DNA from: an uncultured Candidatus Saccharibacteria bacterium
GTDB taxonomy: Bacteria; Patescibacteriota; Doudnabacteria; UBA920
Direction: 5' to 3'
Assembly: GCA_964483665.1 (NCBI GenBank)
Contig: CAZACP010000004.1
Span: 7,399-71,398 of the forward strand
Length of the DNA stretch: 64,000 bases
Part shown: positions 53,286 to 63,155 of the stretch, piece by piece
Layout of the letters: each line of letters opens with the position of its first letter
How positions within the stretch are numbered: the first letter of the stretch is position 1
Notes under the pieces: generated by a model
The model's input: only the letters and a program-made list of their open reading frames with translations
What the model was told of the DNA's origin: nothing
Databases searched by the model: none
Made by a program: the position numbers and the translations under genes

Positions 53286-54857
53286 TTCAATTATTTCCCC
53301 GCCAAAAATTTTCAGCGCGTCACTTAAAACCGCAACTGGGTTTTGCCCTTCCGTAATTTTGTCAGGCAATTCTCCAACAATGCCCAAATTTTTACCGCTA
53401 ACCTCTGTTATTTCCTGGGTAATAAAATTTAAGTTTTTTTCAATAGTTTTTTTATCAAACTGATATTTTACGCTTATTACAATTTTTCCGTTATTTACGC
53501 CAATTATTTGGGCTGCCTTAAGCATACTACCTAGGGGGCCGTTTTTGTCTTTAATTCTAAGAACGACTTTTGGCCAAAAATCTAAAACTTCTTTCAAACT
53601 AACATTTTGGTCAAGCCGGCTTAAAATTTCGCTTTGCGGTTCTAAATCAGGCTTTATAGACTCTTGATTTTGCACTTTGATAATCGGCTGTTCGGTTACT
53701 TCTGTTTTTTCCCTTTGTGGTGCTGGAATTATATTATTTGGCTTTTTTTTTAAAGCCCCTTCAATCGCGGCAAGCAAAAGGGGTATTTCAGGACTGGGAG
53801 CGCCTTGCAGATCTTTAAACGACTTTAAAAACAGCCGGATTATAAAAATAATCTCGCTAATGCTTAAATTCTGTAAAACCCCCTCATTCTGCCCTGTAAT
53901 TTTTTTAACCATTAAGACTCTTAAGTGTTCTAAGAAATCTTTGTTAAAAGCGTTAAAATCAACTCCGGCTTCCAGCAAACGGTCAAAATATTCCGGAATT
54001 TCATTGGCCTTTCCTTCAGAAATAAGCTCTGTAAGTTCAGCTAACAGTGCTGTGTCCGTGATTCCTAAAATTGTTCTAATGTCGCCCAACGAAGTGCTGT
54101 TCCCCAGAGTTGAAATCTTGTCTAAAATAGAAAGCGCGTCGCGCATTCCGCCGCCCGCGTTTTGGGCGACTAAATCTAAAACTTCTTCCGGGTAGCTTAA
54201 ATTCTCTTTGTTTACAATATTTTTTAAATGCTCTTTAATATCTGCCGCTGAATATGCTTTAAAATCAAACCGCTGGGTGCGGGAAATTATAGTAGCCGGA
54301 ACTTTTTGAATTTCCGTGGTAGCCAGAATAAATATAGCGTGTTTGGGAGGTTCTTCTAAAGTTTTTAAAAGCGCGTTAAAAGCGCCTTTGGAAAGCATAT
54401 GCACTTCGTCTATTATAAATACTTTATATTTGCCTAAGGTTGGAGAAAATTTAACGTGGTCAATAATATCCCTGACATTGTCTACCCCGGTATTGGAAGC
54501 CGCGTCTATTTCTATTAGGTCAATAAAGTTGTTGTTTTCAATTGCCTTGCAAACACTGCACTCCCCGCACGCATCCCCCAAAGCACCAGGCGAAGCCTGT
54601 ACATTATTTTTCTCCCCATCTGGGGGGAGATGTCCGGCCGACAGGGCGGATAGAGAGGGTTGATTATTCAGACAGTTAACGCTTTTTGCGAATATCCTAG
54701 CCACGCTGGTTTTTCCAACTCCTCTGCTGCCAATAAATAAATAAGCATGGGCAAAAGCACCCCCGGCGATTTGGTTTTTAAGGGTTTTAATTATTGCTTT
54801 TTGACCAACAACCTGAGCAAAAGTTTGAGGTCTATATTTTCGGTAAAGTACAGCCAT
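53283..54857 (-). CDS. dnaX: DNA polymerase III subunit gamma/tau
   Basis: MAVLYRKYRPQTF...GSRGVGKTS...DEVHML and a zinc module CGECSVC. A repeat-derived insert sits next to the zinc module. Confidence 0.85.
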   Translation of the reverse strand: MAVLYRKYRPQTFAQVVGQKAIIKTLKNQIAGGAFAHAYLFIGSRGVGKTSVARIFAKSVNCLNNQPSLSALSAGHLPPDGEKNNVQASPGALGDACGECSVCKAIENNNFIDLIEIDAASNTGVDNVRDIIDHVKFSPTLGKYKVFIIDEVHMLSKGAFNALLKTLEEPPKHAIFILATTEIQKVPATIISRTQRFDFKAYSAADIKEHLKNIVNKENLSYPEEVLDLVAQNAGGGMRDALSILDKISTLGNSTSLGDIRTILGITDTALLAELTELISEGKANEIPEYFDRLLEAGVDFNAFNKDFLEHLRVLMVKKITGQNEGVLQNLSISEIIFIIRLFLKSFKDLQGAPSPEIPLLLAAIEGALKKKPNNIIPAPQREKTEVTEQPIIKVQNQESIKPDLEPQSEILSRLDQNVSLKEVLDFWPKVVLRIKDKNGPLGSMLKAAQIIGVNNGKIVISVKYQFDKKTIEKNLNFITQEITEVSGKNLGIVGELPDKITEGQNPVAVLSDALKIFGGEIIE

Positions 54858-55012
54858 AAGAAAGATACTCGGATATTCATTGATATTACATATTAAGTGG
54901 GAAAGATTAATATCCCAATATCTAATATCCTTATTGGATTATACCACCGTCTTACATAAAAACAAAAAACCCATACTTCTGGGTTTATAATATCAAAATA
55001 TCCAATATATAT

Positions 55013-55681
55013 TTACTTCCGAAACACAATAACTTTATAACCCGTAAAATTCCAAAATAAAGAGACGCCGGTGGCCAGAGCCGCGGCTATATTTTTGTCC
55101 AAGTCTGAACCGGTTAGACGCAAATTTTCCGATATAAAGGATATTAGAGAAAAATTTATGCCTAGTCCAATTAAAGTGACAATAAAAAACACAACAAAAG
55201 AATGCCCTTCATGATCCCAATCCGACAAATGAAAACCAAAAACCTTCCACAAAACGCTTTCAAAAATTAAATAAACAATTAGAGCAAGAGCAAAAAAAAT
55301 AGCAGGGGCTGAAAAACGAGACCCGATTAAAACAAAAATTATTCCTATAACCCCAAGAGCTCCGACCAAAATAAGCCTGGTAACATTTTTCCAGAGCGTT
55401 ACACCCATTTCATTGCCAAAAGTCCAAGTTCTGTTCCAAAGATAACTTTGAATTACCGCGGCGCAAAAGGATATTACCGAAACACCTCCCAAAGACCAAC
55501 CTCGATCTATATTTAAAAATTTAGAAATCGAATTTAGTATTAAAAAATTAAGAGCGGTATTCAAAAAACCTATACAGACGAAACGGAAAAATTGATAAAT
55601 TACCGGCTTTTTTTCCAAAAAAGCAGTTATTTTTAATTTTAGCGTGTTCGATTGAACTTGATTATCTATTAGATTTTCCAT
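55013..55681 (-). CDS. GtrA-family membrane protein (duplicated GtrA-like fold)
   Basis: FFRFVCIGFLNTALNFLIL...SYLWNRTWTF. Confidence 0.55.
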   Translation of the reverse strand: MENLIDNQVQSNTLKLKITAFLEKKPVIYQFFRFVCIGFLNTALNFLILNSISKFLNIDRGWSLGGVSVISFCAAVIQSYLWNRTWTFGNEMGVTLWKNVTRLILVGALGVIGIIFVLIGSRFSAPAIFFALALIVYLIFESVLWKVFGFHLSDWDHEGHSFVVFFIVTLIGLGINFSLISFISENLRLTGSDLDKNIAAALATGVSLFWNFTGYKVIVFRK

Positions 55682-55891
55682 CTAGTTTTGGACCCCTTAA
55701 TACACCTTGTGGGATGGATTGCTTAGATTTGTTGTTGGTGAACTGATTATATGAGTAAAAAAGCGCTCAGCCGAATATTAATCGAATATTAATCCTGTAA
55801 TAAACAATAAAAAAAAATTAAATTGTTGAGACATTTTTTATAAATTTTGTTTATATCTGTGTAATCTGCATTTTATCAGTGCATCTGTGAT

Positions 55892-56506
55892 TTACATTTC
55901 TTCGTCTTCGTCTAACTTAACTTTCCTTCCACTTACCCCCATTTCCATATCGGTATGCGACGTCCCAGCGCCTTTCTTTATAACATTTTCCACGGCTGCC
56001 CAGTCTGAATCGTGCTCCTCGGGCACTATAATAGTTACTTCATCTCCCGGTTCTGACTTAAAGTAAGTTAAAGAAGCGAGCAAAACTTTATACGGCTTGC
56101 CCTCGGCCATAACTCTAAAATCACCTTTGTCGTCTAGCATTAAAATGCCGAGCATTTTCTTTCGTTCAACCGGACCAATTTGCTTGTATATAAAAGAGCC
56201 GTCGTCAGAGATGGTTAATTTCAGCACGTCGCCTTCCACTAATTTAGATTTGGAGGCATAGTTAGCCGGTACCGGATATTGTTTTTTGTCCGGACCTATC
56301 ATATTTTGTCCGTCAAACACGCCTTCTATAACCTTGCCGCCTTCGGACACGCTTAAAGTCCCCGCCTTGCTGGCTATATTTTCTAAGGTAGCCTTGGCGT
56401 TTGGCATACCCATTACATCACGCAACAAATTCTTGGCGGTTTGAATATTTTTTTCCGCCGACTCTATTGCCTGCACTATTAAAGCTAGGTTCGAAATTTG
56501 GTCCAT
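55892..56506 (-). CDS. Hypothetical acidic protein
   Basis: 204 aa with no motif I recognise. It is flanked by ATCTGTG repeat clusters at 55840-55890 and 56520-56630. Confidence 0.4.
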   Translation of the reverse strand: MDQISNLALIVQAIESAEKNIQTAKNLLRDVMGMPNAKATLENIASKAGTLSVSEGGKVIEGVFDGQNMIGPDKKQYPVPANYASKSKLVEGDVLKLTISDDGSFIYKQIGPVERKKMLGILMLDDKGDFRVMAEGKPYKVLLASLTYFKSEPGDEVTIIVPEEHDSDWAAVENVIKKGAGTSHTDMEMGVSGRKVKLDEDEEM

Positions 56507-56688
56507 ATTATATTCACTGACGCACGGATCACACGGATATCACTAATGCCCTAAAATTCAAACTACCTGTTTAAATAGGTGTCTGCGGCATCTGTGCAAT
56601 CTGTGTATCTGTGATTTTATTTTTTGTTTCAAATAGTTTTTCCTATTTAATACATTATAACACAAGTAAAAATTTATGCAAAAGTGGA

Positions 56689-56964
56689 TTAATGATGTTT
56701 AGGCGCTTCTCCACCTTCAGAAATATCTGCAATCCCCCCCAAGACAGCCCCACCAATTCCCTTAACAACTTTATGACCAGCTTCCAGATCAGCCCCAGCC
56801 TGCGACGCGACTTCAGCAATTCCATGATGCCCAAAAAGCAGTTCCTCTATATTTGGTACTGGGCTTACTGCTTTTGCGACATCTTTTAAAAATCCCCCGC
56901 CCTTACCTCCACCATGATCTCCTGAATGAGATGACTCATGTTCATGACCATGTCCGCCTGACAT
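56689..56964 (-). CDS. His/Gly-rich small protein (possible metal-binding)
   Basis: MSGGHGHEHESSHSGDHGGGKGGG...PKHH. I reject the antisense plus-strand ORF. Confidence 0.4.
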   Translation of the reverse strand: MSGGHGHEHESSHSGDHGGGKGGGFLKDVAKAVSPVPNIEELLFGHHGIAEVASQAGADLEAGHKVVKGIGGAVLGGIADISEGGEAPKHH

Positions 56965-57059
56965 AAAATTCCCTTTCTTAAATATAAGCTAAATATTTCG
57001 CTTATATTATACCATTTATTAATATATTCTACAAGCCTAATTAGGTTTTATTTCAAATG

Positions 57060-57110
57060 TAGCGCAGGCCCGTGGCCTGCTGTTTGCAGGGCAAGGCCCT
57101 GCGCTACGTT
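57060..57110. other. Perfect 10-bp-stem palindrome GTAGCGCAGG...CCTGCGCTAC with nested hairpin
   Basis: Read directly from the sequence. It is immediately 3' of the ATPase gene and has no flanking U-run. Confidence 0.4.
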
Positions 57111-57112
57111 AA

Positions 57113-59665
57113 TTAGAGCCCTCTTTCTACATCGGGCAAACCTTCGCTCATACTTTCCGCCACATTGCCGGCTTCCAACATTTCCGCCTCAACCTCGGAT
57201 CTGGGTCTGCCAAATTTAAGCCTCGAAAGTTGGCGGATGCTTTGCGCCAATTCCTCTGTGCCTGATTTTTGCGGCGGCATAGTTGCCATATTAAAGGGCT
57301 TGCTGGCCGTGCCGTTTACCATAAGCCTGACATAGGCGTTGTAACGGTCTATATTCACCAAATCAAACTGGTTAAAGGTAGGCGCAAACTCTTTACCCAA
57401 AACTTCGCTGTCTTCGGCGCCGGTTCTAAACACCACCATTGTCCCAACATTGCCGAACACTGCGTTTCGCAAGTCTTTACTGGCCGCGCCTTGAGCTCCG
57501 GCCTGAGTTTCCAGTTGCCCCAAATATTGGTGTGCGATGATGAGATTTAACTTATACTTTCTGGCCTCAGAAAGTATGGAAGCAAAGGCATCGGTTATAA
57601 AATTCTGGAACTCGTCTACATATAAATAAAAATCTTTTCTTTTTTCCTCCGGCACATCTGCGCGGGAAAGCGCGGCCATTTGGATTTTAGAAACTAGTAT
57701 AAGCCCGAGCAGCTTGGCGTTTATTTCACCCGTGCGGCCCTTAGACAAATTCACCAGCAAAACTTTGCCCTCGTCCATAACTTTCCTAAAATTAAAGCCG
57801 CTCTTGCTTTGGCCGACTATGTTGCGCATCATGGTATTTTCCACAAAACGCCCGACTTTGGAAATTAAATAGCCAAGCATTTCGCTTCTATGGAAGTCGG
57901 AGGTTTTTGCCATTTCCTTTTCCCAAAAAAGTTTTACCACCGGATCTTTTAGCTTTTCCACCTTATATTTCTGAAAATCTGTGTCCGTAAATATCCTCGG
58001 GATATCTGTAATAGTGCCGGGATGCTCTTCGTCCGCCATAAGCGTGAGCATTGCGTTGCGCATATTGTGTTCAAACATAGGACCAAGCATAGCAGGATCA
58101 GTAACTAATTTATAAAATATAGATATCATTTCCTGCACCGCAAAATCTTTTTGCTCTTCGCTGTCCACTTCCAGCATATTTAAGCCGAGTGGCCTGTCCA
58201 TATCAAACGGCTCAAAGACTATAATGTCCTCCGCCCGTTCTTTAGGCACATTTTGTAAAATATCCTGTATTAAATCCCCGTGAGGGTCAACCACGCACAA
58301 ACCTTCCCCATTTTTTATATCCTGAATGGCCATATTGGCAAGCAATACAGACTTGCCGCTGCCCGTGCGACCTAGCACGTAGGTGTGGCGCCTACGGTCT
58401 TCCCTGCCCATAAAAATTGGGGTCTCCACGCCTCTATAAATATTTTTACCAATTAACAAACCCTCTTTGTGAATATTTAAAGGCGGCGGGGCTTTTTTAG
58501 AAACCAGCCACTTAATGTTTGGCGTTTCAATATACGGCGTTGGCAAATGCCACAGGCTTGCCAGCTCTTCGGTATTTAAAACGGTTTTTAAGCCATAATC
58601 CCTAAAAACTCTAAAAATATAATCTTTAACTATTTCTTCCTTATTTCTTTTTTTGTGTTTAAAACCGTTAAATGGGGGCATATTATACTGCAAAAATGCG
58701 CCCATTAAATTACGCATATGGCTCTGAGCCTGGCCGGGTGTGGCAGATGAAGTTATAAGTCTGACATTAACTTTATACCCCGGACGGCTGGCTTTTTCTT
58801 CAAGTTTCTTTACTATTTCCTGCTGCATTGGGGTAAGCTGAATTGGCGAATAGTATCCGCTTAAATCTTTATGCTTATGCGACTGATTTTGTCCCCCGCC
58901 TTTTACCCCCGCGGCCATTCCGCCAAAGCCTTTAAGCAACCCCATAACCGCTCTGTAAAAATGCCCTTTTTCAACCAACTCCGGATTTTTCCCTTGCTGG
59001 ACTTCTAAAGCCATGTGCCTGGGTTTTCCCTGCCAGGCTGTGCCGGCCGGACTTAAAATAAACTGTACCGCTGCGCCCTCGTTTTCCAAAAGTTTACTCA
59101 TTGCATTGGTTATGGCATTAAGCGGGTCTGACTCCATAGTTTTGTAAGTACGGAAAGGATAAAAATATTTTTTGTTTAAAACTAATTCTTCCGCTTCCAC
59201 CTGCCCGCCTTTTTGGAATGGATTATAACCTTTTACCGCTTCTACAAAAGCATGCGGGTATTGTGCCTGCAATTGCTTTTCTACCAATTCCTGCAAATGC
59301 TTGGGGCAATTTATATAAAAGCTTATTTTTTTGTCTGTGCAAGCTATTTCAAAACTATAGTAGTCCTTACCCAAAAGCCAGCCTTTGCTGTGTCCGCTTT
59401 CAGAAAGCGTGGTAAACAGCTGTTCAGCTATGCCAATTAAATGTTTTTTTTCTTCTTCTGTCTTGGGCTTTTGCTGGTCTTTGTCTTCAGAGGATTCTTT
59501 AGGCATCTGAATTTCCAAAAACACCCACTCCATAGTCCTGGGAATAACATGGCCTAAGTGATAACGGTGGCGCTTGTAAAAATAAAAAAACACGGCCCCA
59601 AAGACAAACAAAAGGCCGACAAATACCAAAAGCACTATATTAAAAGTATTTATTTCAAAAGGCAT
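57113..59665 (-). CDS. TraD/TraG/VirD4-like (DUF87-type) membrane-anchored P-loop ATPase
   Basis: 850 aa with an N-terminal TM helix. Walker A GRTGSGKS is followed by CVVDPHGD. Walker B-like LYVDEFQNF is present. The long N-terminal domain is atypical. Confidence 0.5.
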   Translation of the reverse strand: MPFEINTFNIVLLVFVGLLFVFGAVFFYFYKRHRYHLGHVIPRTMEWVFLEIQMPKESSEDKDQQKPKTEEEKKHLIGIAEQLFTTLSESGHSKGWLLGKDYYSFEIACTDKKISFYINCPKHLQELVEKQLQAQYPHAFVEAVKGYNPFQKGGQVEAEELVLNKKYFYPFRTYKTMESDPLNAITNAMSKLLENEGAAVQFILSPAGTAWQGKPRHMALEVQQGKNPELVEKGHFYRAVMGLLKGFGGMAAGVKGGGQNQSHKHKDLSGYYSPIQLTPMQQEIVKKLEEKASRPGYKVNVRLITSSATPGQAQSHMRNLMGAFLQYNMPPFNGFKHKKRNKEEIVKDYIFRVFRDYGLKTVLNTEELASLWHLPTPYIETPNIKWLVSKKAPPPLNIHKEGLLIGKNIYRGVETPIFMGREDRRRHTYVLGRTGSGKSVLLANMAIQDIKNGEGLCVVDPHGDLIQDILQNVPKERAEDIIVFEPFDMDRPLGLNMLEVDSEEQKDFAVQEMISIFYKLVTDPAMLGPMFEHNMRNAMLTLMADEEHPGTITDIPRIFTDTDFQKYKVEKLKDPVVKLFWEKEMAKTSDFHRSEMLGYLISKVGRFVENTMMRNIVGQSKSGFNFRKVMDEGKVLLVNLSKGRTGEINAKLLGLILVSKIQMAALSRADVPEEKRKDFYLYVDEFQNFITDAFASILSEARKYKLNLIIAHQYLGQLETQAGAQGAASKDLRNAVFGNVGTMVVFRTGAEDSEVLGKEFAPTFNQFDLVNIDRYNAYVRLMVNGTASKPFNMATMPPQKSGTEELAQSIRQLSRLKFGRPRSEVEAEMLEAGNVAESMSEGLPDVERGL

Positions 59666-59697
59666 TTATTTTTGTTTTCAGAATTCTTTTAGTTTAA

Positions 59698-60048
59698 CTA
59701 CTGCTTTGTAACAAAGTTAGTCAATTCATAAGGGTCACCACCACTATTTTGAAGTTTGTGTAACAAATCATTAATTTTTTCTTTTGGGTCAGCAGCACTC
59801 ATAATAGCCGGATCAACATAACCCTCGGGCATATTAAGAATTTTCTCCCTTACTTCTACGGGCAAAACCCCGTTTGGCTGAGTTCCGCCTGTTTCCAACG
59901 ATAAATTTCCCTCTGATATCTTACTGGTTTCAGGGGAATTTTTCGCAGCCACTCTTTCCAAACTATCCTGATTGCCAACACCAAGCTTTTTTCTTACCTC
60001 CGGACTTAATCCACTTATTTCTTCCGGAGTTAAATTTAATTCAGCCAT
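59698..60048 (-). CDS. Hypothetical protein
   Basis: 116-aa hydrophilic ORF. Confidence 0.35.
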   Translation of the reverse strand: MAELNLTPEEISGLSPEVRKKLGVGNQDSLERVAAKNSPETSKISEGNLSLETGGTQPNGVLPVEVREKILNMPEGYVDPAIMSAADPKEKINDLLHKLQNSGGDPYELTNFVTKQ

Positions 60049-60137
60049 AAAATAATTTTATTATACTTATTTATTATACCACACATATAAAATGACCTAA
60101 TATTATAATATTTTTTTAGAATATTGTCAACATTAAG

Positions 60138-60527
60138 TTAAATTTTGCCTTCCTTGGCCCATTTTTCTTCTAAACGCCTTACCCCTTCTTCGTCAAAACC
60201 AAAGTGATGTCCGATTTCATGCCAAACTACCCGTCTAACTAAAGACGCGATTTGATCTTCCCCGGCCGTTAAGCCCTGAGCTTGTCGAAGGGCAAATTTC
60301 TCTATTGTGCCTTTATAAATAGTAATTTTGTCCGGTAATGTTGCGCCCATGCCATACGTTGACCCACGCTTTATTTGCGAAACACCATGGTACAAACCAA
60401 ACAAACTATTGTTTGGCGACTCCCCTTCTTCCATGGTTATAGAAACATTGTTTAACTTTTCACGAATATTCTGAGGCAAAGCTGCCACCGCCTCAGTTAT
60501 TAAATTTTCAAATTGTAGATTTTCCAT
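60138..60527 (-). CDS. Putative zinc metallopeptidase (HExxH)
   Basis: WHEIGHHFG motif. Confidence 0.5.
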   Translation of the reverse strand: MENLQFENLITEAVAALPQNIREKLNNVSITMEEGESPNNSLFGLYHGVSQIKRGSTYGMGATLPDKITIYKGTIEKFALRQAQGLTAGEDQIASLVRRVVWHEIGHHFGFDEEGVRRLEEKWAKEGKI

Positions 60528-61134
60528 TTAAAATTTCGTAACTAGTTAATTGCTGTTTAAAGTTTTCAAACGTTGTAAAGAATTCTGCTTTGAAACCAAA
60601 TTCTTTGGCTGAATCAACAAGGTGTTTCTGGTTATCAAAAACTAAAATTTCATCTTTTTTGTAGCCCTGCAATCGTTTAAACACCTCGTGCCAAAAATTT
60701 GGATCTGGTTTTAAGTAACCTGCACCGGCTGAAGAAAAAATCCCGTCTAAAATTTTTCCTAAGCCAACTGTGTTGGTTAAATATTCAACACGATATTTTT
60801 CGTTGTTTGTAGTAAGATAGCATTTAACCCCTTGTTTGCGTAAACTATTTATTTCTTCAACCATAAACTGGTCTTTTTCGGCCTCTCCTTCAAACCAGTA
60901 CTTTAAAACTTCCTCAACTGGCCAGCTTATGTTCCAAATCGGTAATTGTTTTGCGAGCTCTACTTTTAAATCAAGCTTACCGGTTTCGCAAAGTAAAAAA
61001 TCATTCCGAAAAAAATCTGTTGCTACTGCCTCATTAATATTTATACCAAATTCGTCTTTCATCCTATGACGAAAATACTTTTCTCTCTCTTTCACAATCA
61101 CCCCATCACAGTCAAACAAAATAACTTTAATCAT
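60508..61134 (-). CDS. HAD-superfamily hydrolase
   Basis: Motif I MIKVILFDCDGVIV and the overall HAD layout. Confidence 0.75.
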   Translation of the reverse strand: MIKVILFDCDGVIVKEREKYFRHRMKDEFGININEAVATDFFRNDFLLCETGKLDLKVELAKQLPIWNISWPVEEVLKYWFEGEAEKDQFMVEEINSLRKQGVKCYLTTNNEKYRVEYLTNTVGLGKILDGIFSSAGAGYLKPDPNFWHEVFKRLQGYKKDEILVFDNQKHLVDSAKEFGFKAEFFTTFENFKQQLTSYEILNGKSTI

Positions 61135-61220
61135 AAAAATAACTTAAAAACCTGCCGGTATTATAGCAGGTTTTTAGCGTCGATTCAGCGTTTCTTTTTT
61201 CAGCGATTTATTAGCGGCTT

Positions 61221-62510
61221 TTAAAAGCCCTCATAGTCATGCATTGTCAACTGTGCTTCGATTTTCTTGATTATTTCTATAACCACGGACACCACAATCA
61301 ATAACGAAGTACCGCCCAAAGTTAAGGCCTTGGTTCCGGTTAAATTTTGGGCAACTAGAGGCAGAATAGCAATAATTGCTAAAAATACTGCACCGGCTAA
61401 AGTAATGCGGTTAAGCACAGAAGACAAATAGTCAGCAGTTTGAGCTCCGGGCCTAAGTCCCGGAATGAAGCCGCCATTTTTTTGCACATTTTCGGCAATT
61501 TCCTGAGGGTTAAAGACTACGGCAGTATAAAAATAAGTAAAGCCTAGTATCATAAGGAAGTAAACAATGCCGTAAAACCAGGTGCCGGTGTCATTAAACA
61601 AGGCAATGGTTTTTTGCGCATAGTTAGCAATAAGTGCGCTTTTTGCATTTACAAAGAACTGGGCTATCATTGCGGGAAACAGCATTATGGAAATAGCAAA
61701 AATTATAGGAATAACTCCGGCTTGGTTAAGGCGCAAAGGCAAATGGGTATTAACGCCGCCAAAAAGCCTGTTGCCCCTAACGCGCTTAGCGTAAGCAACC
61801 GGGATATTGCGCTGAGCCTCTGTTACCAAAACCACTCCGGCAATAACGGCTAAGAATACCAAGACAAAGCCGACAATAGTAGGAACTGCGTCCGGATTAC
61901 CCTGATAAATTTGGTAAGCTTGGGAAATGGCGCTCGGGACTCTGGATACAATACCGGCAAAAATAACCAAAGAAATTCCATTGCCAATGTCGAATTCAGA
62001 CATAATTTCACCAATCCACATTATTAACATAGTGCCGGCAGTTACAGAAAGCAAAACCAAAAACCATTGAAAAGGAGAAAAAGTTCCTAAAATTGATCCG
62101 GCTCCCTGGCTGGAAAGAAGCCTAATGGTGCCAAAAGCCTGAAGCGGGGCAAGCGGAATGGTTAAATAGCGGGTGTACTGGTTAAGCTGAGCCCTGCCGG
62201 CTTCCCCACCTTCCTTTTGCATTTCAGCAAAAGAAGGAACTATTATGGTTAAAAGCTGCATTATAATGCTGGCAGTAATGTACGGGCCAACGCCAAGCAT
62301 GGCAATAGAAAAATTAGTCAAACCTCCGCCGGAAAAAACATCAAGCAAATTTAAAAACTGACTCTGCTGAAAAAAAGCTTTAAGCCCGGTTGGGTCTATA
62401 CCCGGAATGGGTATGTGAGTTAAAACCCGCGTAACTAACAAAAGACCAAGCACAATTAAAATTTTGTTGCGTAGGTCTTTGGTTTTCCAAATAAGTAGGA
62501 TTTTGTTCAT
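61221..62510 (-). CDS. secY: Preprotein translocase subunit SecY
   Basis: 429 aa with 10 TM helices. It follows rplO. Confidence 0.9.
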   Translation of the reverse strand: MNKILLIWKTKDLRNKILIVLGLLLVTRVLTHIPIPGIDPTGLKAFFQQSQFLNLLDVFSGGGLTNFSIAMLGVGPYITASIIMQLLTIIVPSFAEMQKEGGEAGRAQLNQYTRYLTIPLAPLQAFGTIRLLSSQGAGSILGTFSPFQWFLVLLSVTAGTMLIMWIGEIMSEFDIGNGISLVIFAGIVSRVPSAISQAYQIYQGNPDAVPTIVGFVLVFLAVIAGVVLVTEAQRNIPVAYAKRVRGNRLFGGVNTHLPLRLNQAGVIPIIFAISIMLFPAMIAQFFVNAKSALIANYAQKTIALFNDTGTWFYGIVYFLMILGFTYFYTAVVFNPQEIAENVQKNGGFIPGLRPGAQTADYLSSVLNRITLAGAVFLAIIAILPLVAQNLTGTKALTLGGTSLLIVVSVVIEIIKKIEAQLTMHDYEGF

Positions 62511-62514
62511 TATG

Positions 62515-62590
62515 TAGTTGGTAGTTGGTAGTTGATAGTTGGTAGCCGAACATTGCCTGACTACTTACTACTTACTACTTCACTAATCGC
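62515..62590. repeat. Family D element (TAGTTGG array - spacer - CTACTTA array)
   Basis: It overlaps the last 8 codons of rplO. Confidence 0.65.
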
Positions 62591-63019
62591 TATTACTGTT
62601 CCACCGGCTTTCTCTATAGCTGCTTTAGCCGATGCCGAAACAGGTAATTTTACGTTTAATTTCTTTTTTATTTCGCCGGCCAATATTTTTACCGACTGGC
62701 CTTTCATAATTATACCTTTTTCTTCCAAAGATTTTAAATCTACAGTTGCTCCGTCTGCGAAAATATCTAGTTTAGTAACCGGCAAAGCAAATGGTTTTGA
62801 GCTTAAAGATTTAAAACCGCGTAATTTAGGCAACTGCCTAACAATAGGCTGGCGTCCGCCTTCAAAACCGGCAGGCATTTTGGAGTGACCGGTTCTTGCA
62901 GTCTGACCTTTACCACCGCGGGTGGAATAAGTACCGTGGCCGCTTCCAAGACCGCGTCCCACAACTTTGCGCCTGCGGGTGGATTTCGGATGTTTTTTTA
63001 ATTGATGTAATTTTAACAT
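62561..63019 (-). CDS. rplO: 50S ribosomal protein L15
   Basis: MLKLHQLKKHPKSTRRRKVVGRGLGSGHGTYSTRGGKGQ. Confidence 0.9.
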   Translation of the reverse strand: MLKLHQLKKHPKSTRRRKVVGRGLGSGHGTYSTRGGKGQTARTGHSKMPAGFEGGRQPIVRQLPKLRGFKSLSSKPFALPVTKLDIFADGATVDLKSLEEKGIIMKGQSVKILAGEIKKKLNVKLPVSASAKAAIEKAGGTVIAISEVVSSK

Positions 63020-63042
63020 AAATAGATATATTCCTTATAGTT

Positions 63043-63138
63043 TCCCTCTCCAAGACTTGGAGAGGGTTAGGGAGAGGTTGAAAATTATTAACCTCTCTGT
63101 CACCTTTCGGGTGACATCTCCCCAAGCTTTCGGGAGAA
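63043..63138. repeat. Family A composite element in the rpsE-rplO spacer (where rpmD/L30 would normally be)
   Basis: ccctctccaagacttggagaggg ttag ggagaggttg..aacctctct gtcacctttcgggtgac atctcccc.. Confidence 0.7.
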
Positions 63139-63155
63139 TTATATTGTGCTTCGCG

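Noticed and set aside
53677-54663. Plus-strand ORFs 53677..54195 and 54316..54663.
   Set aside because: They are antisense to dnaX.
56611-56889. Plus-strand 92-aa ORF.
   Set aside because: It overlaps the His/Gly-rich minus-strand ORF, which has the more protein-like composition. The plus-strand reading is arbitrary low-complexity.
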